DNA from: Octopus vulgaris
Lineage: Eukaryota
DNA length: 64,000 nucleotides
Direction of reading: 5' to 3'
Assembly (NCBI GenBank): GCA_951406725.2
Contig: OX597834.1
Location: 1,426,001-1,490,000 of the forward strand
In this document: positions 44,123-61,671 of the stretch, in pieces
How positions within the stretch are numbered: position 1 is the stretch's first letter
Layout of the letters: each line of letters opens with the position of its first letter
Translations under genes and position numbers: made by a program
Notes under the pieces: model-generated
Told to the model about the DNA's origin: nothing
The model's database searches: none
What the model saw: the letters and a program-made list of their open reading frames with translations, nothing else

Positions 44123-44306
44123 GTATAAACACATATAGACATATGTACACATACATATAAAGAATATATTCACTTGTTGTTTATGTATACAGACTTATGT
44201 CCACATGCTATGGAAGAACACAAAACAGAGGAGTCGCTACATGGTTATAGACATGCTAGAATTAACATCTAAATACAGACAAGCAGACAGACAGACAGAC
44301 AGCCAA

Positions 44307-44409
<103 letters not shown>

Positions 44410-44943
44410 TCCAAGCTGTATCTTCAGAAAGAGAGAGGGGGGTATCTTCTCCCATTTCCACGTTGCTAATTTTTCTCTGAATGTTGAAATAAAAATGTCA
44501 TATTAGAAATAAAAAGAAATCGCAGATCAAAAGTAGTAAAGTAAACGAACGAATAAATCAATAGAAAAACAAAACAATTCGCTGACTAATTGTTAATAAA
44601 CAAGTAATATGTGGGTGTTAATTAAATAACAAATAAATAAATGTACAATTAATTAGTTGAAATATAATTAGCAGCCACGATAACAGGAAATTTATGAATG
44701 TTGAAGAATGATGTTGGTTTTTTATGGTTGGTTGAGAACACATTTGGGGACGTCACACTGAAAGGAACATGTGTAAAAGTTATCGTCACTGAAGCGGGTA
44801 GATGGGGTGGAGGAGGCGTGTGATTCGGGAGCAGACACTTGGATAGGGGGTGTGTATGGCATTTGCCTACACGAACACATGAAAGCACTAAAGGACACAA
44901 CACCATCATATATATGCGCAGAGAAGTATAGAGGCGCGCGCAT

Positions 44944-45066
44944 TCGACTTTGCCTTTCATTCTTTCGGGGTCGATAAATTAAATACCAATTGCGTATTGG
45001 AGTCAATCTAATGCACTGACCCCATCCACTAAAATTTCGGGCCTTGTGCCTAGAGTAGAAAAGAAT
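44944..45066 (+). mobile_element. SINE family B, 5'-truncated
   Basis: tcgactttgcctttcat..gtcgataaattaa.tacca..ggccttgtgcctag.gtagaaa. Confidence 0.8.
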
Positions 45067-45291
45067 ATATATATCCCAGCGCGCATGTGTGTGTGTGTGT
45101 GCGTGTTCATAAACGTGTATGTGTGTGTCGAAAATAAGCAAGAAGAATCAAAATCAGTTGAGGGACAAGTTTTAAGAGAGTTCTTATTCGTATAACTCTT
45201 GAAAGGAAGGGAAAGATCTTTGACGTTTCAGAATGGAATGCTTCATCAAAAAAAGGGAAAAAACAGAGAAAGTGATAGAACAAAGAACAAC

Positions 45292-45380
<89 letters not shown>

Positions 45381-45409
45381 GTGCGAACATTTAGTGGAAG
45401 TTACATGTG

Positions 45410-45580
45410 TTATTTAAAACAGTTTGATTCGATTCCTTGCTACTTCCACATGCTTCTAATGGAAGTCCGACTTCTTAAGAATTTGGAATGCCGAAATCCA
45501 AAGCCTGAAAAAGTCGCGCTCCCATTAATGACCTCTAACACTTGAAGTAGCAAGGAACCGGATCAAACTGTTTTAAATAA
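45410..45580. repeat. Imperfect fold-back/MITE-like hairpin
   Basis: ttatttaaaacagtttgat..ttccttgctacttc pairs with gaagtagcaaggaa..atcaaactgttttaaataa. Confidence 0.85.
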
Positions 45581-45678
45581 TGTATATATATTACAAATGT
45601 TCACACTTTTATACAAGTTAAATCTAGTTCGTTCATAATGGTATGTATAAATATTTATAATTATGTACTTTCGGTTAT

Positions 45679-45736
45679 GTCATACTGAGGACAGTAAATT
45701 GGTATTACATCCCTAAACCAGAAATCGATCTATGGC
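45679..45736 (+). ncRNA. Minimal hammerhead motif
   Basis: gtcata-CTGAGGA-...-GAAA-TCGA-TC^tatggc; stem II weak. Confidence 0.55.
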
Positions 45737-45949
45737 TAAACTTTTTAAAAAATCTTTTTTGTTTATTATCTCGCTTTCAGCCCGTGTCTAAGTGATAATT
45801 AAGGTAGTTTTAGGGCCATCAGCATGTGGCAATCTTATAATTTCATTCATAAAATTAAATACTTTGTATTAATTTTTACGTAAATGTTTTTTTAGATGCT
45901 AGCTTCTTGATAAAATTTTATATAGATTTTATCCTGGATTATAATGATA

Positions 45950-46037
<88 letters not shown>

Positions 46038-46038
<1 letters not shown>

Positions 46039-46665
46039 CAAATCTTTACAAATTTCACTACCATGGCCTAGCATGTATAAAAAAAGTCAACAGACAACAT
46101 ATTATTCAATATAAAATGTACATTTAAACACAAAAAGAAATTACCTATAACAGGCAATTTCTACCTGCTTGGAGACAGTCATAACGACCGAAAAACCACA
46201 AAATTTAAGCAATTTCAAAGGGAATGAAAAAATAATATATTTATACCTTGTTTTACGGTTATACCTATAGGATTCGGATTTTTTAGCAAATAAAATCATT
46301 TAAATTGAATTTACTAGGGAATTCCTCATCAGTAACCGAGCCATCCAAGACTAACCTATAATTATGAGACCAATAGCACGTGTCTCATCTTTGTATGTTA
46401 TAGTTTTTTTTTTCAAAATCTACTACGCAAGCGAGGTTTCAATCAGCAGAAAAAGAAAAATGCCGAAACGAAGTTTGAAAAGTTATTATCGATACATTAG
46501 ATATCTATATAGAGTAGTTAATTTTTTCAAATTTCTCTACCAGTGGCCTAGCATGTATAAAAATTCAATAGGCAACATATTATTCAATATAAAGAAATGT
46601 TGTACATTTAAACACAAAGAGAAATTACCTATAACAGACAATTTCTCTTTGTGTTTAAATGTACA
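46038..46665. mobile_element. PLE-like tandem direct repeat, hammerhead remnant and terminal fold-back
   Basis: ~46058-46162 repeated at ~46536-46646; hairpin at 46601-46665; minus-strand hammerhead at 46256-46338 with GAAA>GAAT. Confidence 0.65.
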
Positions 46666-46676
46666 CTATTTTATAT

Positions 46677-46744
<68 letters not shown>

Positions 46745-47054
46745 CACCTGTGATTTGTGGTTTTTTGCCGCCTACTCAAGAATTATAGTAAATGATCCAG
46801 AAGAACTCAGGCACACTGAGTCCTCAACTTGTTCCATTCGTTGGAAGGTTTGCAAGGCGTCAGGAATATATGGAGCCGCAAATATTACTGCTTTATATAA
46901 ATCTACATTCATTTTGTTTTTGTTATGAACAGGCAATCTCAGTCAATTATAGGCCATGAAAATGTGGTAAGCGGCCCTGTGACTCCGAGGACCCAAGGGA
47001 ATAATGTCCAGAGATTTTATGATGGAGATGATGGAGATCATCATTGTGATCATG

Positions 47055-47218
47055 TAAGTCGATGCCATCAATCCTAGTAGTACTTTTTAATGTTATTTTA
47101 AGCTTTCGACCCCGAAATGTTGAAAGGCAGAGTTGACCTTGGCGGGATTTGAACTGAGAATGCAAAACAGTCGGAAGGCATTTTGTGCGGCGCTCTACCG
47201 ATTCTACCAGCTCACTGC
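47055..47218 (-). mobile_element. SINE family B, diverged
   Basis: Homology to the 35089 copy (gagctggtagaatcgg..cagttcaaatcccgccaagg). Confidence 0.7.
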
Positions 47219-47236
47219 TATACTGACTGCTATTTC

Positions 47237-47314
<78 letters not shown>

Positions 47315-47474
47315 GTGGAGGAGGAGGAGGAGGAGGAGGAGGGAAGAGGATAAGAAGGAGGAAGAGGAGGAGGAAGAGAAGAAGAAGGAGGAGGGGGAGA
47401 AGAAGAAGAAGAAGAAGAAGAAGGAGGGGTAGGAGGGGAGGAAGGACGAGAGGAGTGGGAGGAGGAGGTGGAGC

Positions 47475-47790
47475 TGTACTTCTGTGTCACGTGACAACGT
47501 GATGCAACAAACACGCTGCCTGTTCCGTGGCGATTTAAAATGGCTGCCGCTGTCGCTGTTTCGTCCTTTTTAATGGCGTAGAGAAGTGGCCGAGAGAAAC
47601 CTGCAACGTTTGACAGAAATAATGAAGTTGAAGAGAAGAAACGAAGATGCGGAGCTTAACAATGGGACACTCGTAATTGGACGACAGGATAAAAGTGAAG
47701 CAATCAAGTAGCGACATCTATGATTGGTCACGTGCTGCTTGTGACACTCGCATGATGAAAGGACATTGTCAGTAACCCTGCAATCTCCAC
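47475..47790. promoter_or_regulatory. Candidate promoter/cis-regulatory island
   Basis: GTCACGTGAC (47486), YY1-like AAAATGGCTGCC (47537), GATTGG plus TCACGTG (47722-47734) in unique CpG-containing sequence. Confidence 0.35.
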
Positions 47791-48015
47791 TGGTGTGTGT
47801 GTGTGTGTGTGTGTGTCTGTGTGTGTGTGTTTGTGTGCGTGCGTGTGTGCGTGTGTGCGTGTGTGCGTGTGCGCGCGCGCGTATATATGTGTATATATAT
47901 ATAAATTCACACACATCCACAGATAGACATATATATATATAGATATAGATATATATCTATATATATCATATATAGATAGATATAGATATGTATAGAATAT
48001 TGATCGTGCGATCAT

Positions 48016-48047
<32 letters not shown>

Positions 48048-48111
48048 TATAGATAGATATATATATTTTGAGATATATATATAGATATAGATATAGATAT
48101 ACTGTGTGTGC

Positions 48112-48183
<72 letters not shown>

Positions 48184-48434
48184 GTGTATATGTGTGTGTG
48201 TACGTATATATGAAGTGCTAACAGAGACACTTGTTAGCCAATATCAAAGACAGAAGTGAAGATGTTAAAATGACGAGAATTAATATTATTTATTTATTGA
48301 ATAGTATCATTACACGTTGCAGTGTGTCGACAGCTAACGGTCTTGTCAAATGAATACATATATGTAGGAGATGCTATATACGTGTGCATGTATGTGTACA
48401 TATAGAGATATATGTGTGTGTGTGTGCGCGCGAA

Positions 48435-48484
<50 letters not shown>

Positions 48485-48580
48485 GATGAAGAAAATATTG
48501 TAAGTCGAGGAGAAACGGAAAATTTGCACTTCAAATTTATCACACTTGAATTTCCTTTCTAGTAGTAGTAATAGTAGTAT

Positions 48581-48649
<69 letters not shown>

Positions 48650-49117
48650 ATATAGTTTGACACCGATAATGAAATAACAGGGAAGAAAGAGCGATAAAGA
48701 GAGAGGAGGAGAGCTATAGGGAGGGAAGGGAGAGGAGAGGGGGAAGGGAGAGGAGAGGGAGAGAAGGGAGAGGAGAGGAAGCAGAGGAAGGGAGAGGGAT
48801 GGAAGGAGGGATGGAAAGAGGGAGAGAGGGAGGGAGGGGAGAGGCTTTCTGTTGCCAGTGGTGTTTAGGGAGAAAACACACGCAATGAGAAAGCAAGGTG
48901 AACGAATGTTAGTGGTAGGGGTAGAGTCAACAGAAATAGAAAAAAAATTATCAAAATGAGAAACTGGAGGAGAAATGACAGGCGTATCACTAATGAAGAT
49001 ATACATTCGTCTTTATCATCATCATCACCACTACCACCACCATCACCATTCGCCTTCTCCTCTTTATCATCAACATCCTCATTATCATTATTATTATTGT
49101 TATTATTATTACTATCA

Positions 49118-49158
<41 letters not shown>

Positions 49159-49664
49159 GAGTGAGAGAGCAGTGCATGCCATCGAAGTGACGTTGGGGTA
49201 CAAATATACGAAGCCCAGTATACCCAGCAGGACTACCCGTCTCATAAGGGTACATCACAACGATATGTGCGCGACATGGTGATCTCATATCTTTGCAGGT
49301 GGGGCCCAGTTAGAATTTTCTTCTGGTCGAATAACCCATCCCGCTCAAAAGGTCCCTGAATAAGGATTGTTTAAGGATGTTGAACGAAACACCCATGTTT
49401 CCAAAGAATCCTTCTGGACACATAGCTATGATGCTCCCCCCACTACTTCTGCTCATGATCAGAGAGGCACATATCGTCAGCCACTAAGGGACAGGGTCAA
49501 CTGGTTAAGGTCAAACAACTGACAAGCAAATCTGTGGTATTGAGCAGAATATTTGCTGTAGCCCATCCTTTATACCAAGACAAAACAATGTACATGATAA
49601 CACTTCCAATCAGTTAAGATCAGAAGCCATGAGAGCCACTGCCTGGTACTGCATCAGGGCATTT
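49159..49664 (-). mobile_element. ~500-bp non-coding element ending in (TAA)n
   Basis: Sharp boundaries inside the TTA/GTT microsatellite; same polarity relative to TAA as the Dong-like LINEs; no ORF. Confidence 0.5.
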
Positions 49665-49687
49665 ATTTTTGTTACTGCTGCTGCTGC

Positions 49688-49748
<61 letters not shown>

Positions 49749-49906
49749 CTTTGTTCGTTGTTGTTGTTGTTTGTTGTTCGTTGTTTGTTGTTGTTGTTTG
49801 TTCTTGGTCCGTTGTTTGTTGTTGTTGTTGTTGTTATTATAATTTTTATTATGATTGTCGTTGTCGATGTCGTTTTCGTTTTCCTTGTCGCTGTTATTAT
49901 TTACTA

Positions 49907-53520
<3,614 letters not shown>

Positions 53521-54002
53521 GGATTATATCGATAGTATCAATCATAGATTCATGTTTACTAATCGCCATTCTCCTCTGTTTTGTTTTTTTCTTTTTCTTT
53601 TTTCAGATGTTTAAACATAAAGAAACTCCATCCAATTTTGCAGCCAGTCAGGTTCCGGCTCCAGTCTTTTCACACGGAATTCCTCACCAAAACCAAACTT
53701 CGAACTGCAACGAAGAACTTCTACCAATATCTCATGCATTAAAACCATCTCTGGGTTAATTCTAACTTCTCTTCTATCCATGGTAACATCGCAAATGTTT
53801 GTTGTTGTTGTTGTTTCCATTAAAAATATCACTTAAAAGGAAGCGCAGAAAAATATATTAAATACCTGCGAACAGACTACGTGAAAAGAATGAAAGTTTT
53901 CAGGACAAACTAAAGTTTGTTTTGTTTTTTCTAATTGTGATTGTGATGATGCGAATGTAAAGATTTGACAATAAGGTCGAGCTGTGCAGTGAATATATCA
54001 TA

Positions 54003-54548
54003 CTAGAAGAAGAAGAAGAAGAAGAAGAAGAAGAAGAAGAAGAAGAAGAAGAAGAAGAAGAAGAAAAAGAAGAAGAAGAAGAAGAAGAAGAAGAAGGAGG
54101 GGGAGGAGGAGGAGAAGAAGAAGAAGAAGAAGACGAAGAAGACAAAGAAGAAGAAGAAGAAGAAGAAGAAGAAGAAGGAGGAGGAGAAGAAGGAGGAGGA
54201 AAAGGAGGAGCTGGGGAGGGGAAGAGAAGGAGAAGAAGAAGGAGGAGAAGGAGGAGGATGAGGGGGAGAGAAGGAGAAGAGAAGAAGAAGAAGAAGAAGA
54301 AGAAGAAGAAGGAGGAGGAGGAGGAGGAGGGGAGGAGGAGGAGGAGGAGGAGGAGGAGGAGGAGGAGGAAAAGGAGGAGCTGGGGAGGGGAAGAGAAGGA
54401 GAAGAAGAAGAAGAAGAAGAAGAAGGAGAAGGAGAAGGAGAAGGAGAAGGAGAAGGAGAAGGAGGAGGGGAGAGAAGGAGAAGAGGAGGAGAAGAAGAAG
54501 AAGAAGAAGAAGAAGAAGAAGAAGAAGAAGAAGAAGAAGAAGAAGAAG
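54003..54548. repeat. Polypurine (GAA/GGA)n tract with internal duplication
   Basis: Direct reading; aaaaggaggagctggggaggggaagagaagga occurs twice (~54200 and ~54369). Confidence 0.92.
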
Positions 54549-57500
54549 ATATACAATGCCGTTACCACTTGTACCACCACCATCCAACTGGAAGTAGCTC
54601 GGAGACTACATGATTGTTCAGTCTTCTGTCTCCTTCTCTCTGTCTCTCTCTGACTGTCAATTCAAAACTCTTTCTACGATGCTACATGAATTCTGTCGGT
54701 CTGCGGCAGGTCATGACACGAACTAATTTAAAACTTCTCAAAATAAAATTCCCCACCCACCAGAAAATGATGATGCCTGGGACCTCTGAACCTGCCCCAA
54801 GGAACCAGACAACTGGTTAACCCTGTGCGCTTATAGCACGGCCCTGGATACCAACCATGGTAATATCCACTAAAAACCCGTGTCGTTCGAAGAACGCGTT
54901 CATCAGCGACCTTAAGTTCTGACACTGAGCTCGAAAAGTCTTAAATCAGGATCAATCTCATCAAAAACCTGTAGCAAATCAAACACTCAAGCCAGGGATA
55001 TTCCCGAAATTGACTATCAGGATCAACTACCAAACCTATCCCAAAGAAATAGAAAAACAAGACAGAAATTGTTTAAGTTATGCATGCTTATTATTATTAT
55101 TCAACACTAAACCCAAAAACATGAACCGCACAAAAAGATACCTACAATATCTGGAGATGCAAAAACCTGCGTAGCAGGCTGTACATAGACAGTAAGAAAC
55201 TAGGAGCTGTGAGACGTGATATCCTAAAAAAGAAAAGACTAACTGACAATGAAATTGACAAAATAGATCAGTCAAAAGTCAGCTCAGTATAACACACGAT
55301 GACTTATACCCTGAGGCAAAAATCTCTGAAAACACTAATTCAAACCAGCAATCTAGTTGCACAGAACCCTATGAAGGTGGGCCATCAATTGGTACTAAGA
55401 ACACTATAAACGATCACGTCAGCAATGTACTGTTGGATGGAATACCAGAACAATATCTAATACAACTGCATCAAGCTTTCCACGAAAGAGCCCCACTTCC
55501 CAAAATTATTAATACTAATAAGAACAGAAAATTAATCAAAGACGTTGATCAAGAACTTGGAAAGCTGATACGGCAACTCCTTGGGAATAGTCGAAAAAAT
55601 GCCCTCAGCTGCTTGTGTTGCAACTCAGAAATGCGGCATCAAAAGTAGAGAGAGACAAAAAAATTGCAATGTACACAAATGGATGGAAAGAATAAACCGG
55701 CAAATAATCCCAGTAAGGGCAGATGTATCTTTTCTAGTTGAAGCAAGCAAAGGGGAAACTAATAAACCCAACAAACTAAAAAGAATAATTGCTAAACATG
55801 ACCTTTATAAGAAAACGAAGGATACACAGATTGAAATCTTCAAACAAAAACTGCAATTAGAAACCAAACCACTGGCAAGATACGAAAAACGCTCAGCATT
55901 CCATAGACAAAGCATACTCTTCGAGGAGAACACAAAAACTTTTTACAGGGAACTGGGGGGAAATACCATTATTGTGTAAACACCTTCTCCCCAGCAGCAA
56001 ACTGAAGGTTTTTTGAAAAAACATTTGGAGTAATCCAAAGGAGTTTAATCAGAATGCACATTTGCTCATGGACATAGAAGGGGCCCAATGCCCACCTCAA
56101 ATATCAAGAATGACTGGATATAAAAACTGAAGAAGTGAAAGCGGCGCTCACCAAGTCAAAGAAATGGAAATCCCCAGTTATAGATAAGATTCCAAATTTT
56201 TGGCTAGACTTTTTAATGAGCACTCACCACAACTTATCCGTAGCACTCAATGAAGTCATGTCCAAACCTGCGAAAGCCCCAAGAAGGGAATGCATAACTC
56301 TTACCAAAAACAGTCTAGCCAAAAATTTGGAATCTTATCTATAACTGGGGATTTCCATTTCTTTGACTTGGTGAGCGCCGCTTTCACTTCTTCAGTTTTT
56401 ATATCCAGTCATTCTTGATATTTGAGGTGGGCATTGGGCCCCTTCTATGTCCATGAGCAAATGTGCATTCTGATTAAACTCCTTTGGATTACTCCAAATG
56501 TTTTTTCAAAAAACCTTCAGTTTGCTGCTGGGGAGAAGGTGTTTACACAATAATGGTATTTCCCCCCAGTTCCCTGTAAAAAGTTTTTGTGTTCTCCTCG
56601 AAGAGTATGCTTTGTCTATGGAATGCTGAGCGTTTTTCGTATCTTGCCAGTGGTTTGGCTCCTAATTGCAGTTTTTAAAGGAATGTAAAAGGAGTTCATA
56701 TGGATGTAAGGACCAATTATTGATTGATAAAACGGTCATTGAAAATTGCAAATCCAAACGCAGAAACCTTAGCACCGCTTGGGTAGATTACAAGAAGGCT
56801 TTTGACAGTGTCCCTCATGCATGGATCATCAAGGTCCTGGAAATTTACAAGATAGCTCCAACAATTGTGAACGTTTTAAAAGTAATCATGAATTTGTGGA
56901 TAACCACCCTCATTTTAGAGCATACACAAGGATCTACCACCTGACCAGGAATCAATATCACCTGTGGTATCTCTCGAAGTGACTCATTGTCACCATTACT
57001 ATTCTGCCTCGCTCCATCCCCTTTATCCACACAACTGAAGAATGCTAAGAGAGCGTATAAGATCTTTGACCAGAAAATTAATCATCTACTCCATATGGAT
57101 GATCTAAAACTGTTTGCCTAAAACGACAAAGAATTAGAAGAGCTCCTGAATATTCTCAAAGAATTCAGCTCTGATATACGTATCGAATTCGGACTTGATA
57201 AATATGCCAAAGCTACTTTCAAGGCAGGGAAGTTCATAAAGGCAGAAAACATAGAACTTGATACTATCACTGCTGTTCGAAACCTAGACCTTAACCGAAG
57301 TATATAAGTATCTGGGAACCAATGAAGGTGATGGTATCCAGCACTCTAAAAAGACAGAGAAAATTCGCAAGGAATGCTACCGAAGGGTAAAAATGATCCT
57401 AAACTCAGAATTAAATGCTGCTTAGGGAATTAATGCAATCTTGGCCATACCAGTAACCACACTTAGCTTCGGTATCATTAAGTGGAGTCTCACTGACATG

Positions 57501-58828
57501 CAGAATATGGATGGCAAGATCCGTAAAATCCTTACAAGGTACCGAATGCAACAGCCAAAATCAGGTGTAGACAAGATTTATCTCCCAAGAAAAATAGGGG
57601 CAAGAGGCCTGATACAGTTCGAACAATCCTTTAAATCAGCAATAATAGGACTTGAAAGGTACCTTAATACAACAGGTGATGTGTTCTCACGAACAACATT
57701 GAAGCAAGAAGATTCCAAGCAAGCATCAGTCATGAAGCTTAATAAATTTAATAAGTCTTTTGGCCTACAGATTAACAATAAGGATGACCAAAACACTCAA
57801 AGACTTACAGACCTGCCATTGCTTCTCTTGGTTTAGAAATTAATAATTTGAAAGACCAACGAGATTGAAAAAGTGACAAACCTATCACTGATGCAAAAAA
57901 ACATCAAACAAAAAGCAAAGAAGGCTGGCATGAATAATATCGAAGACAACTGGAAAGGCAAACTCCTGCATGGAAAACATCCTGACCGCCTGTCCAGACT
58001 AGTTATTGATCAAATTCTAACACACCAATGGCTACAAGGAACAGGTCTGAAAGCGGAAACAGAAGGTTTTGTTATTGCAGCGGACGATTAGTGCTTACCT
58101 ACCAGAAACTACCATGCAAATGTCCTTAAAGATGGATTTGACCCCACGTGCAGAATTTGCGGAAAATTCCCAGAGACAATTGATCATGTTTCTGGCTGCC
58201 CAGTTCTCACTGAAAAGGAGTACCTCATAAGACATGACAGGCTAGGGCAGTACATCCACTGGAATGCTTGTAAATATTACAGAATTAAATCCCATGATAA
58301 GTGGTACAGGCACCATCCAGAGGTAGTAGTAAATGGCGAGGGAGTTACCATCCGTTGGAACTTCCCAATACAAACAGACAGAAAAATCGACCAGACATTG
58401 TGATTAAGGACACAGCAGAGGAACTTGTCTGTTAATAGATATGTCTGTTCCACGTGACCAAAATGTCTCAAGAAAGGAATACGAAAAGCTTTCTCACTGT
58501 AAAGATCTGAAAATTGTAATCACAAAAATGTGGAAGCTTAGTACTACGATGATACGAGTAGTAATTGGTGCGTTGCGAATGATAAAGAAGGGTGCTGAGA
58601 AGTATATAAAGGAACTCCCTGGTAACTCCAATCTCCGTCAACTACAAAAGATAACTTTGATGGGTACAGCCCCTGTATACTACGGAAAGCACTCTCCATC
58701 TAAAGTGGAATAAATGTGACGATAATTTTAGCCTGCATAGCAGAACAAAAGTGGCCTTGCTATTCTTGACCTCCGGAGGATGCCCAGTACTAAGGCAGCT
58801 GAAATAAAGTTATAATGAAAGAAAGCCA
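54549..58828 (+). mobile_element. Near-full-length R4/Dong-like LINE, distinct family, decayed
   Basis: WKSPVIDKIPNFW; YGCKDQLLIDK; WVDYKKAFDSVPH; HLLHMDDLKLF; GLKAETEGFVIAA; CRICG; IDMSVP; LQKITLMGTA; followed by (TAA)n; 5' limit uncertain. Confidence 0.9.
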
Positions 58829-59053
<225 letters not shown>

Positions 59054-59554
59054 GGTGGCTATGATAAATTTATTTTTCTCCAATTCAATGTGTAGGTGGT
59101 AAGTGTAGAGATACAGAGATATGAGCGCGTGGTTTGTGTGTATGTTTGTACGTGTAGGTGTTTATTTGACGTCAATTTTCAGCTTGATAGATCTTTGCGC
59201 TAAGTCAGCAGCTGTGATATTCGTTCGCTGTTTTGTCTCTCAGTGACATCATCGTCAGTCATTTTAATCGAGTTTCTTTCATATGGGTTTTTGTCAGCAA
59301 TAGCGTCGGTGACGACGGTTATAAGTTTACAAAGGCCCTTGCACATGCATATTGTATGTTCGATAGTGAGATTTACAAGGGAGTATTTGTAACTCGGTGT
59401 AGAACAAATAACAGTGTATCTTCGCTTCCCAACTTCACAGTATAATTATTGCCGGTAAAGATCATCACCATCGTACCGGGACTCTATTTTCTAACACACA
59501 GAAGCATACACGCAAACACACACACACATATGTATATAAATATGCATATGGATG

Positions 59555-59591
<37 letters not shown>

Positions 59592-59730
59592 CGTTTTCCT
59601 TTCCGACGAGGAGAGGAGTTATGCTTGAAGCGTCAAAGCTATCTCTTCTTAGCGGGCGTCAAACAAATAAATTCCATGTGCTCATCTTGTTTGTTATTGT
59701 TATTTTTAATATTCGTCTCTTTGATTTGAC

Positions 59731-59769
<39 letters not shown>

Positions 59770-59786
59770 ATAAATATATGTATATA

Positions 59787-59857
<71 letters not shown>

Positions 59858-59858
<1 letters not shown>

Positions 59859-60230
59859 GGCGGAGGCGCGGCTGTGTGATGAGAAACTTGCTGCTCAGCC
59901 ACATGGCAAGTGTCTTTTACTATAGCCTCGGACCAACCAAAGCCTTGTAAGTGGATTTCATAGACGGAAACTGAAAGAAGCCCGTCATAAATATGTATAC
60001 ATTTATGTATTTTTTATTTTTGTGTGTGTGTCTTTGTCCCTCTATCATAGCTTTGACTACCGATGTTGGTGTGCTTCCGTCCCCGTCACTTAGCAGTTCG
60101 GCAAAATAGTCCGCTAGCATAAGTACTAGACTTACAAAGAATAAGTCCAGGAATTGACTAAAACCCTTCAAGGCAGTGCTCCAGCATAGCCAAAGTCAAA
60201 TGACTAAAACAAATGAAAGAGTAAAAGAAT
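59858..60230 (+). mobile_element. SINE family A, head partly deleted
   Basis: Homologous to the 25181 copy; B-box segment missing. Confidence 0.85.
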
Positions 60231-60263
60231 ATATTTATATATACGTATATGCATACGTATATA

Positions 60264-60299
<36 letters not shown>

Positions 60300-60335
60300 T
60301 GTATGTATGTATGTATGTATGTATGTATGTATGTA

Positions 60336-61476
60336 TCTCTTATTATAAAAGGCAGATTTTATCTGCCTCCCTTTGGGAGTTATACAAATCTACAATATAG
60401 GATTTCTTCAATTACAATTTACCTAGCATTTTTGAGAGTACAATGCATCGCGTCATGCCAGGTCCAGTTTTTAAAATTTAAACTCCAATTAAGCAAAATT
60501 TACAGAAAACTCACATTCTGGTGTGTGTGTCAAATGCTTTTCTTAGTCTGGTTTACACCACACGCAAACGCACACACACAGTGGGCAACGAATAAAATGA
60601 AAGTAAATGTAATATTTGTTTCTGTCTATCACGCTGATAGATACATGAGTAAAATGTATGGGAAGCTAACAGATAACAGTGAGTGAAAATGTTCTTGGAA
60701 GAGAGTAAATTAGCGACAGTGATTTGAGGAAGACTAAACTGAAACTATGAAACAGTGTTTATGTATAAACAGACGACACTTATATAAACCCTTTCCTTAC
60801 CAAACCGCCCGAATTTACCTATTCATATTTAAATGAGAATATCAGAGTAAATCTCTTTAGTACATTCGTGAAAACACGTATTATACTTCGTAAACACTTC
60901 AAATACAGTTTTGTACAAAAATCGAAGTGTAATTTTAATTCCGTGAATTATGGGAGATTTTTTTCCGAAATTTGTTCCTATTGTGTTTTCAAAATTTGTA
61001 ATTCTGACAAAAAATGGATACGAATTTCATTATATCAAGCGGCGAGTCAGAATTCGAAGGATTTTCTACTGAAGACCTTCATAAATCTAACTCTATGACT
61101 GAAAAAAAAAAGCATCTTTATATAAGAGTGAAGTTGTGTGTCTGTCCCCTTCGATTTACATTCGTAATTACTCCCACATTTTGCGGTGCAGTTTAACCAA
61201 AAGCGGGTATCTTATAGTCGTGATTCTACGATGAGTCTACGATTTTAAAAAAATTTACCATCATATTTTTCCATTTTAATGCATTTTTTCGCTTTTATAT
61301 AAGGGAAGTAACTCTCTAAAAATATCTACGATGTGTCAACGATTTAAAAAAAATTTACCTTAATTTTTTTTCAATTTTTAATGCATTTTTTTTGCTATTT
61401 TTTGGCTATAACTCTCTAAAAATGCTTATATAGTTATTTCCCTTACAACCCGAGCAACGCCGGGCGATACTGCTAG
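60336..61476 (+). mobile_element. Non-autonomous Helitron (composite)
   Basis: A|TC 5' start; 3' hairpin CCCG-agcaacgc-CGGG followed by CTAG|T; second A|TC Helitron-like 5' end at 61115. Confidence 0.78.
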
Positions 61477-61579
61477 TGTATATATAAATATATATATATC
61501 GTTCATTGAGACTGGATGTATATTAAGTGGTTCGAGTTTTACTACCACGATCAAGCAAGGTATATATGTATGGTTGAGT

Positions 61580-61671
<92 letters not shown>

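Noticed and set aside
53900-54653. Lys/Glu/Arg-rich ORFs
   Set aside because: Polypurine repeat artefact
54549-54900. HDV-like ribozyme at the R4 5' end
   Set aside because: Could not identify the nested double pseudoknot by eye
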